DNA of 64,000 nt from Podarcis erhardii (Eukaryota). The position numbers and the translations under genes are program-made. Positions 28,407 to 41,050 of this stretch are shown here, one piece after another. The notes beneath the pieces were generated by a model. That model saw only the letters and a list, made by a program, of their open reading frames with translations, did no database searches and was not told the DNA's origin. Positions within the stretch are counted from its first letter, which is position 1; each line of letters opens with the position of its first letter. The stretch is taken from assembly GCA_964252035.1 (NCBI GenBank), contig OZ176200.1; one strand, given 5' to 3'.

Positions 28407-31050
28407 CTATCTGTGAGCAAAACTGGGAAGATGTCAGACTCATTGGTATGCTGCCCTAAAGAAGATAGGGTAGGAGAAGGCTGTTGCACTCATGCTTTCT
28501 GTCAGAATGATGAGGGTTGGGAAACAGAGGCCTCTTTCAGATCCCAGTTGTTTTTTGGGGATCCCCGCAGTCTGTCTTGGTATCCCCTATTCCCCATCAG
28601 ACCCCCTCAAACACAGACCAGTTCTGATTAGGAACTTAAGTAAAATTCAACACAGCACAGTTTTATTTAGGCACTTGTGTGTTGGAGGTAGAGTGAGAAG
28701 TTGCAAGATTTAAATGTTCACTTCCCCCTGCTTTCACCCAAGTTTAATAACTGCTCGAAGCCAATGCCAGTCCGCCATTGGACTAGTGCAGAGATGTGCT
28801 GCTCCCCTCCCATCCTGGTCCTTCTGGCTGCTGTGTATGCAAGTGTGCTTCTATACATGGATCACTGTTATTTGGATCAGGGTGGTCAACTGTATGTGTT
28901 GTAGAAAGCTTACAATCCTTGGGCAACAGCTTTGCTGGGAATCTTTCACTAATACGGTAGCAATGGCTGAGTGGCAAGTGGATGCATCAGGTGATGTAAA
29001 AGGTACATGAAAACACACCAGTTTAGTACTTAATTCAAAGCAAGTAAGAATTGATGGTGTATTGACTTTTGAAATATGGGCTTGAGGGTAAGACTAAAAT
29101 GATAGATGTTCAAATTATCCTATTAGCATGTACATTGATACAAAATGGGCTAGTAAACTTCTCTTTCTATATTAAGTTTTAAATAGTTCTGAAGATCATC
29201 TCAAAAATTGTAGCAGTAACTTCAGTTTCCAGATACTCAAAACTTGGATATTGGTAGTTAAAGCACTTTATATGCAGTCTGCAACACTCTTAAGTCCTTC
29301 TGCCAGCCAGGTTTTTTTTTTTTTCTAAAGTATTTTATTCTGTACCTGCAGATATTCTACCAAAAGCGTATAAAATTATATTTTTGTAGAGTATTTTCTG
29401 GTTCTTCTCTACTGCAGTATTCACATTCTGTAGATTCTATATATTGTTTCTCCTCTTGAAGTGAAAACAAAAAGTCTGATGAGGGAATTTCTTCCTTCTG
29501 TATTGCTGGAGGCATGAAATGCTAATATAGGTGAGGAAAACTTTGGATATCTGAAAAAGTTGGATAATGGAGTATCCATTTAAGTTCATTCTGGAATTTA
29601 TCTACGTATTATAAAAGCCTGTGATTTAGGTGAGAAGTTGGGTTAGCTCCTAGTTTAGTAATATAATACTGTGTCCCCAATTCAAGTGCTCTTTGAACAT
29701 AGTTGTACATTATGAGCCTACAGCTTAGCATGTGTGCTGGCAGAGATATTGCTGGCACTGATCATGGTGAATTCCTCCCCCCCCCCCACCCTTTTACCTC
29801 ATAGAGTAGCCTTTGGAAGGCCTGATCCAGCAGACAACCCACAGGCAGGAAGTTTCCCTCTGCCCGTCGCATCACCCTTGCTGGACTTGGATGCAATACT
29901 TTTATTTGAATGTTAGAAATAGTGATTTTAAATTTATAGTAGGAAGTGGACTACCTTTAATGTCCCATGGAGTTTATAGAAAAGTTTCTGCTAGGTTTTA
30001 AAACAAGTGTTTTCAGGAGTTCATAAACATGTGACTTATTGGATACTTGAGGACATTAACTGTTTATTAGGTAGGCTCTCTTGTTAAATGTTTTCTAACA
30101 TCGAGACATGGATGTGTATGTTGTCACAAATATGGGAGGCAAAAATAATTCTGTGAATTGGCTTTTGAAATTGCTTTTGGTTGAAAAGCCACAATGCACA
30201 GTATGCTTCCTGAATGTTTGGTAGCTGTTTTAATCTTAAAAGGGAACAAAGTTAAAAGCCTCTACATTAGTGCTTAAGTGATCTCTCTGAATAATAGAAT
30301 TGCTGTAAAGCAGACCAGCCCCCACCCATCATTATTTGATGAAACTTTCTCTGTTTATGGTTTTTTTTAAAAGAGGTTCTCTTTAACTATTCGGCCCATT
30401 GTGTTTGAAATGTGATGCTCGTGATGTCTGGATATACGGCAAAGGTATAGGGCTAAAAGGTTTTCCTCTGTGAAAAACTGTGGTTGGCACCTACCTGAAA
30501 CGTAGATCTATGAAGTTTGAGTGAGTCTGTGAGGTTGGGTTTTAGGACCCACCAGTGCAGCAGAGGCAAGACAAATGTCTTGGGAAGGGGGTGGAGCTCC
30601 CAGCATTCCTCAGTCTATGGACTCACCAAGTGGAAAGCAGGCATTGAAATTCAAATGGTTATGAAATAGAACAGTAACAAGGACAAACATACAATTGTCC
30701 CTCTCCAAAAGTAGAACTGCAACAGGAGTAAATTTGCCTTGAAAGCAAGGCTTGATAATTACGCAGCCAACCTAATCCCAACAAGGTGATACTTCCAATC
30801 AACTCTCAAATTTTATTACACTCATTGAATATGGGTATGGCCCTTAACTAGCTCACTCACACTCTGGAGACCTGTATTTCAGGCAGGTGCGAATTGCACC
30901 CATAGCGGGAGTGAGCCTCTTCTGGTTGGGACATAAAACGGCTAACCCCAATTTGGGCAGGACCCTGACAATTAATCTGGGAAGATCTGCTGAAGGACAG
31001 CCTCAACCTCAGCTGAGACATGCTTGTCAATTTACTATAAAATTGACATA

Positions 31051-31219
31051 CCGTATTTTTCGCTCTATAACACGCACCTGACCATAACACACACGTAGTT
31101 TTTAGAGGAGGAAAATCCATAGGCATGCCACCCGTAGGCATTCCCTCCATAACATGCACAGACATTTCCCCTTACTTTCTAGGAGGAAAAAAGTGAGTGT
31201 TATGGTGCAAAAAATACGG
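31051..31219. mobile_element. Tc1/mariner-superfamily MITE with CCGTATTTTT termini (pogo/Tc2-like)
   Basis: TIR CCGTATTTTTCGCTCTATAA / TTATGGTGCAAAAAATACGG; TA TSD at 31049-31050 and 31220-31221. Confidence 0.85.
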
Positions 31220-31269
31220 TACTTTTAAATGACATACTTGTCAATTTTATAGTGTTTGACAAAAGGTTT

Positions 31270-33530
31270 TTGGGGCTATGCTCGTAGCTGCTTTACAGAT
31301 ATCCTCTAAAGGAGCATTGGTGGAAAGGCTGCAGCCCTTGTGGAATGCGTTGCCACATTTTTTGGTACTGGAATCTTTTGAATTTTGTATGCAAAGATAA
31401 TGCAAGCCTTAGTCCACCTAGCAAGGATGGATGTGGAAACCCTATGTCCCAGAGAGGGCAGCTGAAAGGACACAAAAAGGGAATCTGTCTGCCTCAAATC
31501 TCTCTGCAGTAAGGAGGGATGCTTCTTACTGCAGGTCTTTCCCTCTTCTGCCTCCTTGCCTGTTCAAATATGATTTGACTGTAGCATTGTCTATGCACAA
31601 AACGATGTGAAAAAGTTAAAACTGAGAGGAGATGTGCTGAATCACTAGATAGACTGCTGTGAGTTTGAGCTAGTTGACACCCCCCACCCCAAAACAGGCT
31701 ACCTTCACAGGAGACCACAGGGCCTGAATTGAAAGATGTTGACAGAGACCCAGCCCAACAGGATGTCATCCAATGTGATGATGGCTCGAGTTGGATCTTC
31801 CAAGGGGTGTGCCTTTACGTAAGTTGTGGCTATTTGTCCGCCAGCATGTGGCCAGGCAGTGATGATGTGGAATCGTGATGTGATGCTGTCTTCCTGCTGT
31901 CACCAGTCACTGGTGAGTGCTTCTAAGGCAGTAGCACCCACTGTGATGGCTTGGCATGGAGCTTTGCCCAAGGTGGTGCTTGTGATACTGATATGCACAC
32001 CCAAAGGCATGGGACAGCTGCGTAATGACCACTTTTTTTGCTGTTAAGGGACTTCTGGTGGCTGCTTTAATTCAGATTACTCTGTCCAGTGCTGAGGGGA
32101 TAAACCCTCTTACTGTATCCAGAAGTGTGCCTAGATGAACCAGTTGTTTTTTGGAGCTCAGGTGCACAGGGTGAAATCTAGGCATGTCTCCATGGCATCT
32201 CCAAATTGTGCTTGACCATCTTTCAGGTGTAAAGTGTGGCAGAGTAGATTAGCAACAGGAAGGTACTTTCAGCAGTTCTGTAATGTCAAGTTGTAGAACA
32301 TACAACTTGTTAGCCAAAACAAGCATATTTTTTGTACTTCAGCGGAGAGTTCCACTCATCCTTGGTCACAGATGTAAATGGAGCAGGAACTGGACTATAT
32401 CTAGTCACTGGCTTTGGGTCAGGTAACTTGGTCACACCTGTGAGAGGTGCAGACAGCTCTTCAACTAGATTTATCATTATCATTGTTTATTTGTATGCTG
32501 CCTATCCATAGTTAAAACCATTCTCAAAGCAGTTTACATGAAAATAATTACATAACTGCAAACATAACAAAAGTAGCCATGAGTGATAAATAAAATGTAC
32601 ACAACATGATCAAAAGATACAAAAAAAAAAAAATCAGTACAGTGGTACCTCGGGTTACAGACGCTTCAGGTTACATACGCTTCAGGTTACAGACTCCTCT
32701 AACCTAGAAATAGTACCTCGGGTTAAGAACTTTGATTCAGGATGAGAACACAAATTGTGCGGCGGTGGCGGCAGCGGGAGGCCCCATTAGCTAAAGTGGT
32801 ACCTCAAGTTAAGAACTGTTTCAGGTTAAGAACGGACCTCTGGATCGAATTAAGTTCTTAACCAGAGGTACCACTGTATCAAAAACAGCAAAATCAATAT
32901 CTCAAAAATTAAATCTTGACCCCCCCCCCAACAAAAAATCCTGAACCCCACGACAAGAATTTGTAAGTATCCTGAGTAGCAGGTCTTCCAGGACTCACAG
33001 TCAAGATGGTCTCCAAGCAAGGAGCGAAGCCATTACTACCCCACCTCCTGGTCCAAGGCCCTTAATCCATTGTTTACCTCAGGCTGCCCAACTCAAGTTC
33101 CTCAGAATATTCACAGCAGCTTCCCTCACTTCTTATAGCTGCAGTGCCATGCATCCCAGCTGCATCTAATGGGCCTTGACGGGTCAGCATTTTGGCCTTG
33201 CAGATCCAGAAATGGGTGAACATCTCTGCCTCCGGGATGTGGGAAAGCGAAGCCAGGGGCTATTCTAAAGGAACCCCCTCTTCTGTCAGCTTTTGACATT
33301 CTGCCAAGGTGCTGCCAATCTTCTGGGCACCCTGAACTGCTTTGTGTCCTCCATGGAACGCCAGAAGGAGCAGTCCAGGGCCTACTTCCCCTTTGGCAGC
33401 TGCTTTTTTATTGGGAAGGTCAACAGGGGCCACTTCCTGCATTTCCCTTGGGATGCAAACCATTGCTCCAGCAGACAAAGATGGCGACTGGAGATGAGAG
33501 ACAAATGGCACTCACCATAAATGCCCCAAA
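31270..33530 (-). mobile_element. Degenerate DIRS-like tyrosine-recombinase retrotransposon (gag-like, RT, RNase H, YR remnants)
   Basis: Minus-strand remnants in DIRS order: RT KQLVHLGTLLDT (about 32110-32150), RNase H IITLDDILLGW (31741-31786) and DNATVKSYLNRQGG (about 31550-31591), YR DSLFVSF..RVSTSILARWTKACI..AY..VATHSTRAAA (31306-31497); many stops and deletions; boundaries approximate. Confidence 0.72.
32640..32876 (+). mobile_element. Tigger/pogo-like MITE, family A
   Basis: TIR CAGTGGTACCTCGGGTTA / TAACCAGAGGTACCACTG; TA TSD. Confidence 0.92.
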
Positions 33531-34745
33531 CACTTATGAAAGCAATCAAATGCTTGGTCAAGCAGCCAGCCAGCCAGCCACTCTCTGTCTCTCTTAGGAC
33601 AAGAAAAAGAGAATGAAAACAACAAACAAGCCTGAAGAAAGTCAGAATAGAAGGACATAGAAGCAGAAAGCAAAGACATGTACAGCTTGCAGTAAAGGCA
33701 GGGCAGGTTAAGGAATGCCTAGATCTCCTCCTCCTTCCCAAGGTGTTTGTCACACTGGTGAGGCCTAAACCTGGTGCAGCTCACTTCAACTCAGGAGATA
33801 GATGAGTAGATAAGATACCCTGGGCTACCACAAAGTATCAAATCAGTGTTCTTCACATAGAACAACATTGACCACAACCCAACAAAAAACAGTCATCTCT
33901 CCCATTGATATAGACTTCACTGTGCTTAACTTTGGCTGGGTTGTAGCTCTCGGGTCTAGAATTGCCAAAGTAAAATAATTATTCTTCGGTTATATTGGTC
34001 AAATTGTTCCTTTAGGCTTAGCTTCCTACACATCTGACCATTTAAAGAAAAAAGTGCTGCTTGATAATTTGCAACAATAAGTTGGAAAGGGGTGGGGATG
34101 CTAAAGGTGGAAATTCAGTATTCTAATATTGTCTGACTTGTATTTCCTTGAAGCTGTTAATGTGATATTGTTACTATTTTTCTTATGTGTTTTATGTTGC
34201 TGCTGTTTACTTCATCTATGCACCACTAATGTGAGACTGTAACTCATCTGTGATAAATTTTTGTGTGTACTTTACATGTTGCAGTTACAGATAAACAGCG
34301 ATTGCCCGCCATTCTTCTTTCTGGTCTGTATGCAGTTTTTGCTCCTTTCATTACTTGTTGCAGGCAAGTATTTTATCTTTTTAATTCCCCCTTAATATCT
34401 ACGTATGTGTTCAAGTCCTTGAAGAAAGAGCTATAGTTTAAAGTGCAATTCTACAAGAACTGCTGGTATGCGGAGCAGTAGATGGGTTGGTGGGACTGCA
34501 GCGCTCACCTTCTGTTGCAGTGCCGCTGCATACTGGTACAAAAAGATTTGAGAGGACAGTGAACTAAGAGAGACCTCTGCCTTGTCCCTCTGTCCTGGTA
34601 TACAGCAGTGATACAACCAGAAGCAGGTGAGTGATGTGGACTCCCCCATGCCATCTGTTACTGTGTATGCGTTATTGCCATTGAGTTATTTTAGCTAGTA
34701 GATTACTCGAGAAGCAGTGCCACTTGCCACATAAGGAGGTGGTTA

Positions 34746-34960
34746 CAGTGGTACCTCGGGTTACAAACACTTCGGGTTACAAACTCTGCTAACCCGGAAG
34801 TAGTACCTCAGGTTGAGAACTTTGCCCCAGAATGAAGACGGCGGTGGCACGGTGTCAGTGGGAGGCCCCATTAGCAAAAGCGCACCTCAGGTTAAGAACG
34901 GTTTCGGGTTAAGGACAGACCTCCAGAACAAATTAAGTTTGCAACCCTGAGGTACCACTG
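34746..34960 (+). mobile_element. Tigger/pogo-like MITE, family A (diverged subfamily)
   Basis: TIR CAGTGGTACCTC..GAGGTACCACTG; TA TSD; shares ggccccattagc core with 32640 copy. Confidence 0.9.
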
Positions 34961-36220
34961 TATTTGTAACCTCAAGAGCATACCTGTGTTGGCTGTTACT
35001 GGCCCCTGGATGTCTAAGGACCTGTAGGATGGGTAGTGTTCTGTTTGAATGTGGCTGGATACTGCACATGACCTTGCAATAATCCCCAGTAAATGTATCC
35101 CCATAATTTCATCCCATTTCTGCATTAATTACACTTTTAGAAATTCCAGTATAAAATTGCATTTAAATATATTTTAATACTTTTTTTGAGAAGGTAAGAA
35201 GCTGGTGGATAACTAAGCTTCAGAATGTACCTTAGTCTGAGTTCATTCAGATCAGTTGAGGTCCAGCTGGAATTTGTAAAAATCAACTGCTTGCAGCATT
35301 CTGAATGCAGCGGTTTGTCTCAGGGTGTTAATTGCCATGTGGTAGAATTAAACCGGTTCTTGCTGACATGGTTGTCTGGATTACAACCATTCTCCCCAAG
35401 ACAAGTTTTTAAAACTGTAGAAGGCTTTGGGTACCTTGCTAGAAAGGCAGTATATTTCCAGTTTGGAAGAACATTTAGGAGGTCCACTGTAGCTATCTCT
35501 CAACAACCGTGAGTGCTTTGTTTCAACAATATTGCTTCTTAGGAGTAATGTCACTGTTGCCATGTTTTTAAAAATGGCCAAGGCTTCAAAAACAAGGAAA
35601 TTGGTCCACAGACAAATGAAATAACGATTTACCTAATTGTTTCTTTTTTGTTTACTGTAGACTGTACTGAAAAATTTATTTAAGACCAGTATAACAAATA
35701 GCCTTTTAGAAGGAGGCAAACCCATATACTGCATTTTAATTCATGGAAGCTACCCAAGGAAAGCATATACCGGTAATAAAATTTGCCATGACTACAGTGC
35801 TGTCATGAAGGCTCAGCTCTTAGCTGAATCAGATGTAAAGAGGGCTCTTGTTGCAGATCAGCCCCTACTAATATTTATAACATGAAATAATGACATTCCT
35901 GGACATTTGCTTTTAGTCTGTCATGTATGTTCAGATACGAATTTTTCTGAATAATAAATTGCACTGTAATAAGTTAATAAAGCTGTTAGAAGGCCAGCTG
36001 CGAGGGGTACGCCAGTATCCAGAAGGGAGCCCCAGCAAAGCAACTGTACCCAGATTGTCAGAGGCTGTCCTGGAGAATGGTGTACTTAACTCCCCACCAC
36101 CACTGCCTACAATGGGAGGGGGAAGGAAAGACAAACTGCAAACAAAAAGGTAGGAAAGAGCTGTCACCCCCTCTATGCTAGAAATAAAGTGGTATGAGGC
36201 ATGACGTTATGGAGAGATCC

Positions 36221-36226
36221 TTTATT
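36221..36226 (-). terminator. CSTF3 poly(A) signal candidate (AATAAA on minus strand)
   Basis: tttatt on plus strand about 500 nt past the CSTF3 stop; usage not demonstrable from sequence. Confidence 0.5.
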
Positions 36227-36721
36227 GGAAAGGAATGTTCTTCCATTTTAAACTACAAAAAACAGTTTCCATTCATTCTGCCATAAATAAAAACAAAGAA
36301 TAAGGCAGGACAGACACTAAATGAGCAAACTGAGAACAACTTCGTTTTCCAGAGGTGTGAATTTAAAATATTTCACAATTTTTATGCTATCCAGTTTTTA
36401 AAATAAAACTGTCAGGACCCCTGCAAGATTTCAAGTGGTAAGATGGGGATACACATGTGAAGAGCAACCAAATGGAATTCAGACATTCTGCACAAATTGT
36501 GTTCAAAACCTGGAGCTCAAATTTGCTTGTTGTAAAATTCACCTGCCCTTTTCTTTTCTGATGAAGAATCAGCTGGTAAAAAAGAGGCACCACAGTAATA
36601 AAACAACCTCAGTTGCAAGATGCTTGTTAGAAACTTCAATCCCTTTTAAACATTTGATTTTGTAGAAGGAAAACAATGGTTACAAGTCCTTTAGTCTTCA
36701 TCATTGCGACTGCAACATGTC

Positions 36722-36924
36722 TCATCGGATTCGCTTTTGCTGTCGTGCTCTGTAAATGTCGTGAATTGGAGGAACCACTGATCCTTTTTCTTCATCGTCA
36801 TCTGAATCTTCATTTGGTCTTTTTACAGATTTATTAAGAAGGGCATTATTTTCCAAAGGTCCATTCCCTTCCATTGTTAAGTCTGGCAGTCCCCCAGTAA
36901 TGATTCGCACAGCTTCATCCACAG
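36722..36924 (-). CDS. CSTF3: CSTF3 exon 21
   Basis: [11 protein letters not shown]...[13 protein letters not shown]; acceptor ttccaaag. Confidence 0.96.
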
Positions 36925-39900
36925 CTTTGGAACAGGGAAGAGAAATAGTTGTTGTTAGAATTATGTGGGCTGAAGAATTATGACAGTGCCCACCATTATA
37001 TGCTTCATTAATTTTATTATTTGTTTGTGCATTAAATTGTCCATACTAGCCTTCCATTTAATAACTCACAGGGCAATTAAAAAATGTTTAGCAGGAAACA
37101 GATGAGAATGGCTTTTGGAAAATATTTCATTTTGAAATTCTTGTTTCAAATAAGATCACAGAAGAAAAAGCCACTGGTGTGCTTTCTAAAAGTATACTCA
37201 AATTATGCAAGTGTCATGTTTTTCAAGTACAGCTCTTTACAAAGGCCAAGTACCAATGTAATCTTTTAATATTAGAACTAGAGCAACATCCTCTAGCAAA
37301 CCAATTAGGTTATGAAATGATATTCCACTGGGGGATTGAATATTGAGGGTTTACATTAGATTTTGCGTTGATGAAGAGCTATACTTGAAACACACACATT
37401 TGAATATACCTTTGATAATAGTTGTGGTATAGCTGCTATATCTGCTATAGCTCTTGCTTGCTGATTTATTCAAAGTATGCCCATCTCTTTGACATTACAC
37501 ACTAAAGCTCAAAGGCACATCTAAAGGCAGTGCTTTTTTTCTTAAAAAAAAAAAGTTTAGGGGTACTTTCATTTTCCTACTCATATTGATATACTGCCCC
37601 TCAGTGAGGCCAGACTTAGATTCACAAAATTGTTTTGGGGTATGCATCCCCCCAGAAAAAAACACTGTCTAAAGGGATAGCTGACTTGCATCAAGAAGTT
37701 GCATGTGTGTCCATTTTGTGTTGACAAATGTGGGCCTCAACTTCAAATTGTAGTATTCACCCTGCAACAGGTGCCAACCATGCAGAAACACATTTGCTAC
37801 TGAAAATGCACAGTGGCTATTGTTGAAAATGAATAAAAAAACAGCACAGTTAACAAAACTGAGTGTTGAATTAATTCTGTTGATTTCAACAAGAGAATAT
37901 TCCTGTGTCATTATGGGTGCAAAATCCTACTTTGATCTTTTATGGGGTGGTTGTTAGAACCATATAGCCAGCAAGTCACACATGTATTTAAAAAAGCATG
38001 GCTTTGTAATTTCAACTTCCGTCTTACAGCCACTTCCTTTTGCTTCTGTGGACTTCAAGACAGAGTTCTCTATTAACAGTAGTTACAGAAGTCGCTAAAT
38101 ATTTACTCACTGTCCTGAAAATAAGAAAAAATATTATTTTGGCTAATTTGAGTACACACATACAGCAATGTCATTAACCTTAAATAGTGTGATTGTCAAT
38201 ACCTCAAATAGCCACCCCCAAGACATCAGAGTTTAAGTGAAGTAGTACAGTCTAGTGATGCAACCATGCATTTAAAAAGGACAAAAAGCAACTTACTGTC
38301 TGGGAGTTTGCATCTCCTGATAATCTCCATGAGTTCATCCACTTGCACAAAGGGGCCCTGCAAGAGAAAAAAAGATGGACCATTTAACAGGAAATGCTAT
38401 GGTAAAAACCAGTGAGACAAAAGAAAATGAAACGTTTAATGCATTGAAGCAAAACACAACCAGACTGCAAAGTCATTAAAACATTTCAGGATCTCATGAC
38501 CAACCTGAAAACACACGGGAGGTGGGAGAAGCTTCATTAGAACTACAGCAGCAGGCGGGACTGGAAAGACACCACCAGGGACTGGATGCAAACCTGGAGC
38601 TAGTAAATAATAAAATAAAACACATTTAAGTCTTCATGGCTGTTACAGCTAAGGAGAATCAACTGCATGCTGATGGGAGTTCCTTTGGTTGATGTAACTG
38701 ACCTTACAAGCACTATGCAAGAACAAACAAAAACCTCAAACTTTTGTTTATTGTACTTTGATTCCAATTTAGCAGAGAATTGGAAGGGTATAAAACATTC
38801 TAGTTGTGTGCCCAGATGAGAATGAACTGAATGAATTGAAGCTTTTTAAAGAAACAGCCAATCAGAATAAGGTAGACTTCTATTTCACATTTACACGACT
38901 CGATATTCGCTTACGTGCTAAATGTCTTGGCTGAAATGGAATCATCTGCTGGGTATCTGGTTTTGGATACTCTGGTTTTCTGTCCGCTTCATCTTTTAGC
39001 ACAGGTACTATTGAAGGAGCCACAACAGGATCTGGAATTATGGTTGACAGCTTTGCCCGAGACACATCCTGGAAGTTCATAGCATGAGAAGAAGCATAAA
39101 TAGCGTGAGAGCAGCTCTGCTGGATCAATCCAAAGGCTGATCTATAGTCCAGCATATTGTTTATCGTGTGACCAACTGAGTGCCTATGGGAAGCTCACAA
39201 GCAGGAGGGGATCCCATAATGCTCAACATAATGCTCAACCAGACCAAACCCTGCCCAATTTTATGGAAGAGAAGTTTTCTGTCTGCTCATAATTTTAAAA
39301 TTTATCAACCGCCTTTGTAATAAAAGTTTGCCTAGAATTATTTACAATAAACAATGCAAAAGATTGAAAATACAGGCAATGCATTATTAAATTCCAATTT
39401 ACAGAATCAAAAACTTGAAACATAACAGATAGAGCAAGAAACTAGCTCCATATTGATTTAGGAACTTGGAAACAGTAAGATCAATGCACCAGCACTTCAT
39501 ATGTAAAGATGCAGGTAGGCAACTGATAATCAGCTAAGAGTATTTTAAGCCGGGGTCACATGGGAAGGATGTGGTCAGTGATACTTTTTATCACTGGCAG
39601 CAGTCTAGAACCTGAATGGAGTAAAACTTGGAATGGATTTAATGCTGGCTTTTTAACATCTTCTGTTGAGCTAGACTTCACCTTACAGGTACCACATGGA
39701 GGTGGTTTAAATTGTTCCTCACAAGCACTGCTATAAAGTGTTAAACCATATACTTGCAACAGCTTACTATGCAGCTGGTGCGATTTTCCAAAATGGCAAC
39801 CTTTCTCTTCTCGACATGAGAAAGAAAATCGCACCTGCCATGTGGAGAGTGGAACAGACTGCTTCAGGAGGTGGTGGGACTTTCTTGGCTGGAGATTATT

Positions 39901-41013
39901 TAAGCAGAGGCTGAATGGCCATCTGTCAGGGATGCGGTAGTTGCATCCTGCATTGTATATTCATCATCAAGCAGGGGGTTAGACAGCATAATCTCCCAAC
40001 TCCCTTCCAACTCTGTGATTCTGTGATGGGAGCTACTGCCCACAAATAGCTAATCATAGGGTAACAGCCACCAATTTGGAATAATATGAACTGTTTTCTA
40101 CATGGTGACGAAAACAGCAAAAAAGAAACGGAAATGAATAGTAATTCCAAACAAAGAGAAGGTGTTTTTGCTTGTGCTTGAATGGACATCTAAAGGCTTA
40201 GGAGAGTTAAGGGGTTTTAACATTTTTAAAGCAGCACTGAAGGCATGCAAGTAGCAATGCTATGGAACTGCATTCCCTCTCCAACTAAACATTCTGGAAT
40301 GTCATCATCTCCATACCTTATAACCAAGAGCTTTGAGTTCACTGGCAGAGCAGGGGTACAGATCCATGAACTTGTATCTGTCTACTAGTAGAGCTGTTTC
40401 TTTGCCCTCATATTCCTCCTTGAAGGCTGTAAACCTCCGTTTCTCCACTTTAAGTATGCTAGCCAGGTCACCAATATTACTTTCAAAAGCTAAAAATCGG
40501 GCCCATATCTCTCTGTGAAAGAAAAGACAGAAAGAGAACAAATGTTCAAAAGAAAACATGCTCAGCACACATGGCCTGCAGTAAGTGCAATCACTTGCAA
40601 CAGTTACCAGCAACCAGCAGGCCCAATCCACTGTAAGCCAGCTGCTTGCCCACTGACTAAGGAACCCCCTCGTCTGCTCTTTCCAGTGGCTTGCTACCCC
40701 GGATATCCAATTCTATGTTGGCAAGATGAAGAAGGGAATTGTGGGCAGCTGCCAGTCAACTATCATGTCTTTATTCTACAACCAGAAGCCATAGCAGATA
40801 CATCTGCTTTGTACCCAGAGGGCATCCTAGAAGGCAGCAATGGCCAGTCTGTGTATATCCAGGGCAGCAAACCAGCAGCTCATAAGCAGCATGCTGATAG
40901 TAGGTAGGGCCTGGACTCCCTCTCTCCTGCTCCCCAATCTTATCCCCACTCATGGACACAGAAACACACACAGATCTTTGATCTTTCCCCTCTTCCCTGC
41001 GCGCGCGCGCGCG

Positions 41014-41050
<37 letters not shown>

